The notes under the pieces: generated by a model
Database searches by the model: none
What the model saw: only the letters and a program-made list of their open reading frames with translations
What the model was told of the DNA's origin: nothing
Translations under genes and position numbers: made by a program
DNA from: a bacterium
Lineage (GTDB): Bacteria; UBA8248
DNA length: 64,000 bases
NCBI GenBank assembly: GCA_965203325.1
Contig: OZ241875.1
Location: 4,290,702 to 4,354,701, forward strand
Direction of reading: 5' to 3'
Shown here: in pieces, positions 7,946 to 15,900 of the stretch
Layout: each line of letters opens with the position of its first letter
How positions within the stretch are numbered: position 1 is the first letter of the stretch

Positions 7946-9436
7946 CTAAGCGGGAGAAAGAGCGAGACGGCGCGTGAATGTATCTATCATTTCCCGGGCG
8001 GCGGGGGATATCTGCTCTTCTCCCTCTTCATAATAGATGGATGAGACGCCCTCGAGCTTACAGAATGCTCCCCTCGGCTCTACTATGGTGCCTTTCGCCG
8101 GGGGAGAGCAAGTGACGAGCACCTCATCCTGGTCTTGAACGTCGCTCAGGCGATAACCCCGCCGGATGAATTCGGGCCTCCCGTTTTGGACGGTGTAGAT
8201 TCCGGGTTCCAGCGAATAACCGATTCGCGCTCTCGAAGGGCTCGTGTTTCGAATCAAAAGCTGAAAACCGGATAAATCCGATCGGCCGAGTTCGGCGAGC
8301 GAATCCCGGTGTGCGTCGAGAGCGGCGCCCGGCTTCAGGAATTCGGCCAGATGCCAGTAGGTGGTGGTGGGTGCGTCGCCGTGTATTTCCTCGAGCTCGG
8401 TCATCAGTTGCGTGGTTCCCAGCACGCGCGGGTTGAGTTCGAGGGCATAGGGTTCGTCCCGATGGACGATGAAATCGACGCCGTATATCCCCCGGTAGCC
8501 CGCACGGGCTATCCACTCTCCGATTTTCAGGGTGAATTCCTCGATTTTTCGCCGGCTCCTTTCGGAAACCAGCCGATACGCCGCATAGTCGCTTCCGGCA
8601 TAGTCGAAGCGGTGCATGGAGCAGCCGGGAATTCCCGTGAACATCACCGAAGGGTGGGACATCCGGGGTTTCCCGTCATAAATCAACCCCGCCGTTCCCA
8701 GGGCGGGGCCGCTCAGAAACGCGCTCACGATCACCGGCGCATCGGGGCCCAGTTTTTCGGTGAGTTCATCCCGTTTGTTCGCGAGCGCCTCGGATGAGTC
8801 GATGAGGTGCGTCTGGTTGCCCGAGGAGCCGATTCGCTCCGAAATGATCATGACCGGCCCGAATTGATCAAGTTGTTTGGGTCCGAGTTCGCCCAGGGCC
8901 ACCACGTCCCCCGGGGGAACGGCGAACCCCGCTTCGACCGCTTGGCGCCGGAACGCTATCTTGTCATCGAATCTCGTCTTGATTTCCACCGGGTTCGCCA
9001 GGATGTGGAGCCTGCCGTCGGCTTCTTCTGCGAGTTTGCCGAGGAATTCCGTGGAGCGGTAGGGGATGACGTATCGGGGAGCGTCCCCTTGTGAGAGAAA
9101 TTCCCGGATTTGAGAGCCCAGGGCGCCTTCATAGGCTTCTACGAGTGATGAATGGGTCCATACGATTCGTCTGTTCCGCCCGCGCTCCACGGCGAAATAG
9201 CGCAGGCGCCTGTCCCATTCGGGCCCGTCGAGACCGTAGTCACAGGCGATGAGGAAATCGAGGGGGACGATGTTTTCCACCGTGATCGAATCGACCGCGC
9301 GCAGCCCCTGAAAGCCGAACGTCGAGCCGTCCGGAACGGCGGAGGTCAGCGCTTCTTTGAAACTGTCTTTTGCATGACGAGACAAGGAAAAGCATCCTTC
9401 ATGGAGAATCAATGATGAATGTCCAGACGGCGCCAA
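7946..9436 (-). CDS. ATP-grasp family ligase with ~200-aa N-terminal extension
   Basis: 496 aa. The C-terminal motif GIYGVDFIVHRDEPYALELNPRVLG is the classic ATP-grasp Mg/ATP-binding E-x-N motif. Lies 13 nt upstream of the DUF1611-like gene on the same strand. Confidence 0.7.
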   Translation of the reverse strand: MAPSGHSSLILHEGCFSLSRHAKDSFKEALTSAVPDGSTFGFQGLRAVDSITVENIVPLDFLIACDYGLDGPEWDRRLRYFAVERGRNRRIVWTHSSLVEAYEGALGSQIREFLSQGDAPRYVIPYRSTEFLGKLAEEADGRLHILANPVEIKTRFDDKIAFRRQAVEAGFAVPPGDVVALGELGPKQLDQFGPVMIISERIGSSGNQTHLIDSSEALANKRDELTEKLGPDAPVIVSAFLSGPALGTAGLIYDGKPRMSHPSVMFTGIPGCSMHRFDYAGSDYAAYRLVSERSRRKIEEFTLKIGEWIARAGYRGIYGVDFIVHRDEPYALELNPRVLGTTQLMTELEEIHGDAPTTTYWHLAEFLKPGAALDAHRDSLAELGRSDLSGFQLLIRNTSPSRARIGYSLEPGIYTVQNGRPEFIRRGYRLSDVQDQDEVLVTCSPPAKGTIVEPRGAFCKLEGVSSIYYEEGEEQISPAAREMIDTFTRRLALSPA

Positions 9437-9663
9437 AATGAAAACAGGCGATTCTAATTCGATAGCCTCGCGGATATCAACATAATAATACGGCGTTTCG
9501 GAAAACGATCGGTGTCACTCCCGGGAGCTTCTGCAACGCGCAGCGCGCTATGCTAGGATACGGGGCGTTTCAGCCGAAAAATGACACACTCATGCGTGAG
9601 AGTGGATGTATGTCCGTAGAGAGAAACATGCCCGAATCGGCGTTGGATACCGATGAATACCCG

Positions 9664-10542
9664 ATGATGTCGGAATCGGAGCTCAGGTGGGAGAAATTCC
9701 GCCGGAGTTTGGTGCGCGCCAAACCGGCGATGCTCGGAGGCGTTTTTCTCATCCTGCTGGTGGTCGTTTCTCTTTCCGCCCCCCTCATCGCGCCGCAAGA
9801 CCCGAGCCTGGTGGACGTCAACCTGCGCCTGAAGCCTCCCGTGTGGGAGGAGGGCGGGAGCGTGAGCTACCCCCTGGGAACCGACGCGCTGGGCCGGGAC
9901 ATTCTGAGCCGGCTCATGTACGGGGGCCGCGTCTCCATTCTGGTGGGCTTGAGTTCGGTGGTGATTTCGGGGGTCATCGGCATCGTCCTGGGCCTTGTCT
10001 CGGGTTTTTTCGGCGGGAAAATCGACGATCTCATCAGCGGGTTTTCCGAAATCCAACTGGCGTTTCCCTTCATTCTGCTGGCCCTCACGATCATGGCGGT
10101 CGTCGGGCCGGGCCTGCTCAACATCATCGTGGTGCTGGGGATCAGCCGGTGGGTGGCGTACGGCCGCGTGGTGAGAGGACAGGTCATCTCGATAAGGGAG
10201 CGCGAATTCGTGGAGGCCACGCGCGCCCTGGGTTACCCTTTGTACCGCATATTGTTCATGCAGATTCTGCCCAACACCTTATCTCCGCTGATCGTCATCG
10301 CCACCTTCGCCGTGGCGGGGAACATCATTTCCGAATCCTCGCTGAGTTTCCTCGGGCTCGGCGTACCGCCCTCGGTCGTCACCTGGGGGGGCATGTTGTC
10401 CGAGGGACGCGAATATCTGAGAGGCGCGTGGTGGATGGCGACTTTTCCGGGTCTCGCCATCATGGCGACGGTTCTGAGCATCAACCTTATCGGCGACTGG
10501 CTGCGGGACTACATGGACCCCCGCCTCGGCGATGATATGTAG
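9664..10542 (+). CDS. ABC peptide/opine transporter permease, DppC/OppC type
   Basis: ISRWVAYGRVVRGQVISIREREFVEATRALGYPLYRILFMQILPNTLSPL matches the DppC/OppC EAA-loop region. In-frame alternative starts at 9610 and 9550; 9664 gives the typical ~290-aa length. Confidence 0.8.
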   Translation: MMSESELRWEKFRRSLVRAKPAMLGGVFLILLVVVSLSAPLIAPQDPSLVDVNLRLKPPVWEEGGSVSYPLGTDALGRDILSRLMYGGRVSILVGLSSVVISGVIGIVLGLVSGFFGGKIDDLISGFSEIQLAFPFILLALTIMAVVGPGLLNIIVVLGISRWVAYGRVVRGQVISIREREFVEATRALGYPLYRILFMQILPNTLSPLIVIATFAVAGNIISESSLSFLGLGVPPSVVTWGGMLSEGREYLRGAWWMATFPGLAIMATVLSINLIGDWLRDYMDPRLGDDM

Positions 10543-10563
10543 GTTTCTGAAGGGAATTCGTGC

Positions 10564-12111
10564 ATGAAAAGGGCCTTGTTGTGCGGATGTTGTCTGCTGC
10601 TCGTGGCGCTCGCCGCCTGCGGCCGCGAAGCGAAAGAGGGTCCCTTCACGGTTCTCCTCTCGGTGGAGGCCAATACGCTCGACCCCCATTTCGCGACGGC
10701 CACCATCGAGTGGAGCATATTGATGAACATGTTCGACCCGCTCATCGAACGGCGCGGCGATATGACGCTGGGCCCCGCCCTGGCCGAACGCTGGGAGGTG
10801 GACGAGACGAAAAAAATCTGGACGTTTCATCTTCGCAAAGGGGTGAAGTTTCATAACGGCGAACCTTTCGATGCGGAATCCGTGCGCTACACGTTCGAGC
10901 GCATGCGCGATAAAAAGCTCAAGCCCCGCATCACGGTTTACCGGAGGATTTTCCTGGACAGGGTGGAAAAAGTGGACTCCCACACCGTGAAGATTCATAC
11001 GAAGCGCCCGGTCGCCACCCTGCCGGTGTGGATGGTGAACGCGTTCATGCTGCCGCCCAAGTATTATTCGTCGACCCCGCCCAAGGAATTGTTGAAGAAA
11101 CCCGTGGGCTCGGGACCCTACAAGCTGGTGAAATGGGTCAAGGACGACCGCATCGAGATGGCGGCCAACGAGGGCTGGTGGCGGGGTGAGCCTGCGATAA
11201 AAAAAGCGGTCTGGCGGCCGGTGGCCGAGGCTTCGGCCCGCATAGGGGAGCTTGAGACGGGCGGGGCCGACGTCATCATGAATATCTCGCCCGATCAGTC
11301 GAAAACCATTCTGTCGAGAGAAGAGGGTCTCCAGCTTAAAGGTGCTCGGGGGGGACGCAGGATTTATCTGGGAATTCGCACGGATCACGGGGTGCTCGGC
11401 GATGCGCGCGTCCGCCGGGCGCTGAACCACGCGATTGATTTCGAGGCCGTCGTCAGGAACGTTTTTCTGGGCCATGGCTCGCGGATGCGCAGCATCGTCA
11501 ATCCCCCGAACGCCGCCCCGAACATCAAGGCGTACGCCTACGATCCCCCAAAGGCGAAAGCGCTCCTCGCCGAGGCCGGTCTCAAGGATACGAATGGGGA
11601 CGGTGTCCTGGAAGCGAATGGAAAGCCATTTGAGGTGAAACTTGAAGTACCCGCTTCCAGATATTTGAAAGGAAAGGAGATGGCGGAATTTATAGCAGCT
11701 TATTTCCGCGACGTGGGCGTCCACGTGGAAGTGATTCCCCTGGAGTGGTCCGTTTTCCTCGCCAGAAGGAGAAAAAAGACGCTGGCGCCCTTGTATTTTC
11801 ACGGGTTCAGTTCCGCCTTCAACGAAGAACTCGACCTGGGTGTATTGAGGCCGAACCTTTTCGCGAACCTCACCGCCTGGAGGAACCGGAAGTTTATTCA
11901 AAATTACAAGAAGTTGGGCCAGACGTTCGACCCCGCCGAGCGCAAGCGGATCAGCTACCGGATGCAGCGCATCGTTCACGAGGAAAGTCCGTGGGTGTTT
12001 CTCTGGAACCAGTATGATTTTTTCGGCCTGAGCGCGAGGACGCAGTGGACGCCGAGGCCGGATGAGAGAATCTACCTGCCCACGATTCGCTTGAAAGAGG
12101 CGAAAGAATAG
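10564..12111 (+). CDS. ABC transporter substrate-binding lipoprotein, family 5 (peptide/nickel/opine type)
   Basis: 515 aa with a lipoprotein signal (LLLVALAACG). Length and motifs are typical of DppA/OppA-family binding proteins. Confidence 0.85.
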   Translation: MKRALLCGCCLLLVALAACGREAKEGPFTVLLSVEANTLDPHFATATIEWSILMNMFDPLIERRGDMTLGPALAERWEVDETKKIWTFHLRKGVKFHNGEPFDAESVRYTFERMRDKKLKPRITVYRRIFLDRVEKVDSHTVKIHTKRPVATLPVWMVNAFMLPPKYYSSTPPKELLKKPVGSGPYKLVKWVKDDRIEMAANEGWWRGEPAIKKAVWRPVAEASARIGELETGGADVIMNISPDQSKTILSREEGLQLKGARGGRRIYLGIRTDHGVLGDARVRRALNHAIDFEAVVRNVFLGHGSRMRSIVNPPNAAPNIKAYAYDPPKAKALLAEAGLKDTNGDGVLEANGKPFEVKLEVPASRYLKGKEMAEFIAAYFRDVGVHVEVIPLEWSVFLARRRKKTLAPLYFHGFSSAFNEELDLGVLRPNLFANLTAWRNRKFIQNYKKLGQTFDPAERKRISYRMQRIVHEESPWVFLWNQYDFFGLSARTQWTPRPDERIYLPTIRLKEAKE

Positions 12112-12114
12112 ACG

Positions 12115-13032
12115 ATGAGCGCCTATCTTTTCAGACGATTTCTTCGGGCCGTCGTGGTCGTGGTCGGCGTGAGCTTCATCTCGTTCGCCGTCTTGTTCCT
12201 ATCGGGCGACCCGACCGACACCATGGTGGGCGAGGACTGGACGGTCGAGGAGGTACAGAAACTCAAAAAAGACTTGGGTCTGGACAAGCCCTGGTTCGTT
12301 CAATACACGCTCTACGTGGGCAGGGCGGTGCAGGGTGATTTCGGAGAAAGCCTGCGCTACCGCCAGCCCGCGTTCGAACTCATCATGGAGCGTCTGCCGG
12401 CGACGCTGGAACTCGCTCTCGTGGCGCTGGTTCTCTCGATTATCCTGGCGTTTCCGGTAGGAGTCATCAGCGCGACGAAACGCGGCTCTCCGTATGATCA
12501 CGGGGGGATGCTATTCGCGCTCCTGGGGCAGTCCATGCCCGTTTTCTGGCTCGGCTTGATGCTCATCCTCATCTTCGGGGTGGGTCTGCGGTGGCTGCCC
12601 GTCAGCGGAAGAAGCGGCTGGGAGCATCTGGTGCTGCCCGCCATCGCGCTTTCCACCTACTCGATTGCGAGAAACGCGCGGGTGGTCCGAAGCTCCATGC
12701 TCGAGGTTCTGCGGCATGAATACGTGAAGACCGCCCGGGCGAAGGGACTCTCCGAGTGGGTCGTCGTCAACCTGCACGTGCTCAGGAATTCCATGATTCC
12801 GGTGATCACCATCATCGGCCTCGAATTCGGGCATCTGCTGGGGGGTGCTGTGATCGTCGAGACGATTTTCTCCTGGCCGGGGGTGGGAAGGCTCCTGATC
12901 CAGGCCGTCTACGCCAAGGATTTCCCCCTGGTGCAGGCCTCGGTGACCATCACCGCTCTGATTTTCGTGTCATTGAACCTCATCGTTGACCTGATGTATT
13001 CCGTCCTCGACCCAAGGGTGAGACTCCATTGA
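12115..13032 (+). CDS. ABC peptide transporter permease, DppB/OppB type
   Basis: 305 aa with 6 TM helices. The N-terminus (MSAYLFRRFLRAVVVVVGVSFISF) and conserved loop are typical of DppB/OppB. Lies 3 nt after the binding-protein gene. Confidence 0.85.
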   Translation: MSAYLFRRFLRAVVVVVGVSFISFAVLFLSGDPTDTMVGEDWTVEEVQKLKKDLGLDKPWFVQYTLYVGRAVQGDFGESLRYRQPAFELIMERLPATLELALVALVLSIILAFPVGVISATKRGSPYDHGGMLFALLGQSMPVFWLGLMLILIFGVGLRWLPVSGRSGWEHLVLPAIALSTYSIARNARVVRSSMLEVLRHEYVKTARAKGLSEWVVVNLHVLRNSMIPVITIIGLEFGHLLGGAVIVETIFSWPGVGRLLIQAVYAKDFPLVQASVTITALIFVSLNLIVDLMYSVLDPRVRLH

Positions 13033-13967
13033 GCCGGACCGCGTATTTCTGGACACCCGAATCTCTCATGCACGACAACGGCCGGCATGTGGAGAACGTC
13101 GAGCGCGCCAAACGCCTGGCGCCCGAGAGAATACTCCCCCAAGTCCCGTCGCTCCGACACATGGAGATTACACCGCACGACGCTAAGGAGTGGGTTCTGA
13201 GGGTGCATGAGGAATCGCACCACCGCTTCGTGCGCGAAGCGTGTGACGGCGGCAGGTGTATTCTCGATGGCGGAGATACGCTGGCGGGTCCGGGAAGCTA
13301 TGAGGCCGCCCTCGCCGCTGTCGATGCGGCCCTGAGCGCGGCGGATGCCGTCGTGGGTGGGGAGGCCGATAACGCCTTTTGCGCCGCGAGGCCTCCGGGA
13401 CACCACGCCTTGCCCCATCAGTCGATGGGTTTTTGCCTGTTCGCTACCGCTTCCATCCTGGTTCGGTATCTGCAGGAAAAACACGGCCTCCGGAGAATCG
13501 CCGTGGTGGATTGGGACGTGCATCACGGAAACGGCACGCAGGATACCTTCTGGCGAGATCCGGATGTTTTTTTCGTCTCCTTGCATCAGCATCCCCACTA
13601 TCCGGGCACGGGGCTCTCGGGCGAGACGGGGGAGGGAGCGGGCGAGGGTGCGACGCTCAACATTCCCGTCGCGGCGAGAACGCCCGAGGAGGAATACTTG
13701 GCGAAATTTCAGGAAAGCGTTATCCTCGCCATCGAGGCGCACGCGCCCGAAGCGATCATCGTATCGGCGGGTTTCGACGCGCACCGCGACGACCCGCTCG
13801 GAGGGCTGATGATCACCGAAGCCGGGTTCGCCCGCCTGACCGGATGGGTGAAGACGCTTGCCGAAAGCCTCTGCGGGGGGCGGCTTATCTGTCTTCTCGA
13901 AGGCGGATACAACCTCGACGCATTGGAGCGCTCCGTCGTCGCGCACTTGCGAGAACTTTCGGGGTAA
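13029..13967 (+). CDS. Histone-deacetylase-superfamily amidohydrolase (acetylpolyamine aminohydrolase / HDAH / AcuC-like)
   Basis: TTG start overlapping the dppB stop (TTGA). Contains the AYFWTPESLMHDNG and DWDVHHGNGTQD motifs characteristic of bacterial HDAC-like amidohydrolases. Confidence 0.85.
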   Translation: MSRTAYFWTPESLMHDNGRHVENVERAKRLAPERILPQVPSLRHMEITPHDAKEWVLRVHEESHHRFVREACDGGRCILDGGDTLAGPGSYEAALAAVDAALSAADAVVGGEADNAFCAARPPGHHALPHQSMGFCLFATASILVRYLQEKHGLRRIAVVDWDVHHGNGTQDTFWRDPDVFFVSLHQHPHYPGTGLSGETGEGAGEGATLNIPVAARTPEEEYLAKFQESVILAIEAHAPEAIIVSAGFDAHRDDPLGGLMITEAGFARLTGWVKTLAESLCGGRLICLLEGGYNLDALERSVVAHLRELSG

Positions 13968-14004
13968 CGGATTTGCACACCGGGCTTACAGACAGCCCAA
14001 AAAT

Positions 14005-14038
14005 TTAGTTGACTAACTAACTAAAAAAGATTTATATT
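14005..14038 (+). promoter_or_regulatory. Inverted repeat TTAGTT-gact-AACTAA overlapping a putative -35/-10 (TTGACT ... TATATT) upstream of the TetR gene
   Basis: Inverted repeat at 14005-14020 with TTGACT at 14009-14014 and TATATT at about 14033-14038, inside an AT-rich intergenic island. Sits 75 nt upstream of the TetR start, a typical autoregulatory operator arrangement. Confidence 0.35.
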
Positions 14039-14113
14039 CCATATAGCTTGTGGAACTGGCTTCGGCGTATTGGTTCGATGAACTGGATTTTCAACTTACC
14101 GGGGGGAGAGGGT

Positions 14114-14746
14114 ATGGCAGTGGCAACGGCGACGCCCAAAGGCCTCAAGGCGTCCGCTACGAAACAGAAAATCATCGAAGCGGCCGCGCGGCTCGTCTAT
14201 CACAGAGGGTTTCACGCCACGTCGCTCGATATGGTGGCGCAGGCCGCCGGGGTGAACCGGGGGAGTCTGTACTATTTTTTCCGCTCCAAGAAGAACCTGG
14301 GACTCGCCGTCATCGATCACTACGAATCGCTTCTTCATCAAAACTATCTTTCCCCCTCATTTGACACAAGGGCGAAGGGAAGCGAGAAAATAAGGCGGCT
14401 GGCGGAATCCTACGCCCGCATGCCGATTCAGGATTCCCCGTGCTGCGGATGCCCTGTCGGGAACCTTTCGCTCGAACTCAGCGCCATAGATGAGGAGTTG
14501 CGCGTTCGGCTGAAAGGGGTGTGGGACGGGGTTTTCGAGAGGATCGCCCACGTATTGGCGCAGTCCAAAGAGGAAGGCGACCTTCCGGGGGAGCTTGAGC
14601 CGCTCGCCCATGCGCGTTCTTTTTTCTCCCAGATTCAGGGCGCGCATATCATCGCGCGGTGTTCGCAGGATGAGGCGTCTTTGCGCGGAGACTGCGAGCG
14701 CGCTTTCATGAGCCTGCCCTGGACGCGGAAAGGGGAGTCGGAATGA
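14114..14746 (+). CDS. TetR/AcrR-family transcriptional regulator
   Basis: N-terminal HTH (KQKIIEAAARLVYHRGFHATSLDMVAQAAGVNRGSLYYFF) is the canonical TetR signature. RBS GGGGGAGAGGG precedes ATG 14114. Stop overlaps the next gene start (ATGA). Confidence 0.8.
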   Translation: MAVATATPKGLKASATKQKIIEAAARLVYHRGFHATSLDMVAQAAGVNRGSLYYFFRSKKNLGLAVIDHYESLLHQNYLSPSFDTRAKGSEKIRRLAESYARMPIQDSPCCGCPVGNLSLELSAIDEELRVRLKGVWDGVFERIAHVLAQSKEEGDLPGELEPLAHARSFFSQIQGAHIIARCSQDEASLRGDCERAFMSLPWTRKGESE

Positions 14747-15891
14747 ACGGGGGAGGTCGTGAATTCAGGCGCGGTGGTCCCGTCTTTTCCAGCGGATGGG
14801 GATGGCTCGTCTGGTGTGTTTTCTTGCTGGGCGTCGTCCTCGCATGGCTGTTCGCAAGGGGCTATTTTGACAACCTCCACGATCCGGACGCCGTGCCCCG
14901 CGTCGTCACCCCGCGCGGGGACCTCGCCGCCGAGGAGAAATCCAACATCGAGCTTTTCCGCCTCTCCTCCCCGTCGGTCGTCTACATTACGCGGCTGGCG
15001 ATGAGGCGCGACAGGTTCAGCCTCAATTTGTTCGAGATTCCCCAAGGCACGGGTTCGGGCTTCGTCTGGAACGACCAGGGCCACGTCATCACGAATTTTC
15101 ACGTCATTCAGGGGGCGAGCGCCCTGCGCGTCACCCTGACGGATAATTCCGAGTGGGATGCGCGCGTGGTGGGCAGGGCGCCGGATCAGGATTTGGCGGT
15201 TCTCTTCATCAACGCGCCGAGGGATCGGTTGAAGCCTATCGCCATCGGGCAGTCCGCCAATTTACAAGTGGGCCAGCGGGTGTTCGCCATCGGCAACCCC
15301 TTCGGGCTGGACCAGACGCTCACGACGGGGATCATCAGCGCCCTGGGGAGGGAGATCAACGCCGTGTCGGGCCGCAAGATCAGCGGCGTCATCCAGACCG
15401 ACGCCGCGATCAATCCGGGCAATTCCGGAGGGCCTCTTTTGGACAGCGCAGGGCGCCTCATAGGCGTGAACACCGCCATTTTCAGCCCCTCGGGCTCCAA
15501 CGCAGGCATCGGCTTCGCGGTTCCCGTGGATACGGTGAACAGGGTCGTTCCCCAGTTGCTCCGCCATGGGCGCGTCATCCGGCCGGGTCTCGGCATCCAC
15601 GTGGCGGACAGGGGTACGGCGGAGCGCTTCGGAATACGGGGCGTTCTGATCATCCGTGTGCAGAAGGGCAGCGCGGCGGAAGGCGCTGGGTTGCGCGGCA
15701 CCGGGAGGAACCGGGAAGGCCGCCTCGTGCTCGGCGACGTGATTGTCGGCGTGGGAGAGCGCTCCATCACTTCGCTCAATGACTTGTTGGACGCCCTCGA
15801 TGCCCACAAAGTGGGCGACGTCGTGGAAGTGCGCCTGATGCGCGAGGGTAGCGAGATGAACGTAAGCGTAAAACTTCAGGCCCTGGGCTAG
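14743..15891 (+). CDS. HtrA/DegP-family periplasmic serine protease (S1C) with PDZ domain
   Basis: N-terminal TM/signal anchor, catalytic motifs GSGFVWNDQGHVITNFHV (His), D, and GNSGGPL (Ser), plus a C-terminal PDZ-like region. Confidence 0.85.
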   Translation: MNGGGREFRRGGPVFSSGWGWLVWCVFLLGVVLAWLFARGYFDNLHDPDAVPRVVTPRGDLAAEEKSNIELFRLSSPSVVYITRLAMRRDRFSLNLFEIPQGTGSGFVWNDQGHVITNFHVIQGASALRVTLTDNSEWDARVVGRAPDQDLAVLFINAPRDRLKPIAIGQSANLQVGQRVFAIGNPFGLDQTLTTGIISALGREINAVSGRKISGVIQTDAAINPGNSGGPLLDSAGRLIGVNTAIFSPSGSNAGIGFAVPVDTVNRVVPQLLRHGRVIRPGLGIHVADRGTAERFGIRGVLIIRVQKGSAAEGAGLRGTGRNREGRLVLGDVIVGVGERSITSLNDLLDALDAHKVGDVVEVRLMREGSEMNVSVKLQALG

Positions 15892-15900
15892 GAGTGTGGC

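Noticed and set aside
10279-11979. 566-aa minus-strand ORF opposite the peptide-binding-protein gene; similarly 5225-6727 +, 27171-28514 +, 28605-29726 +, 28828-30027 -, 42848-43876 -, 44093-45478 -, 56048-57247 +, 57314-58432 +, 58387-59955 -, 60544-61620 +
   Set aside because: Each overlaps a gene with clear family motifs on the other strand or frame. Their translations are compositionally biased (R/G/A/H/D-rich) and lack motifs. GC-rich genomes generate such long spurious ORFs.
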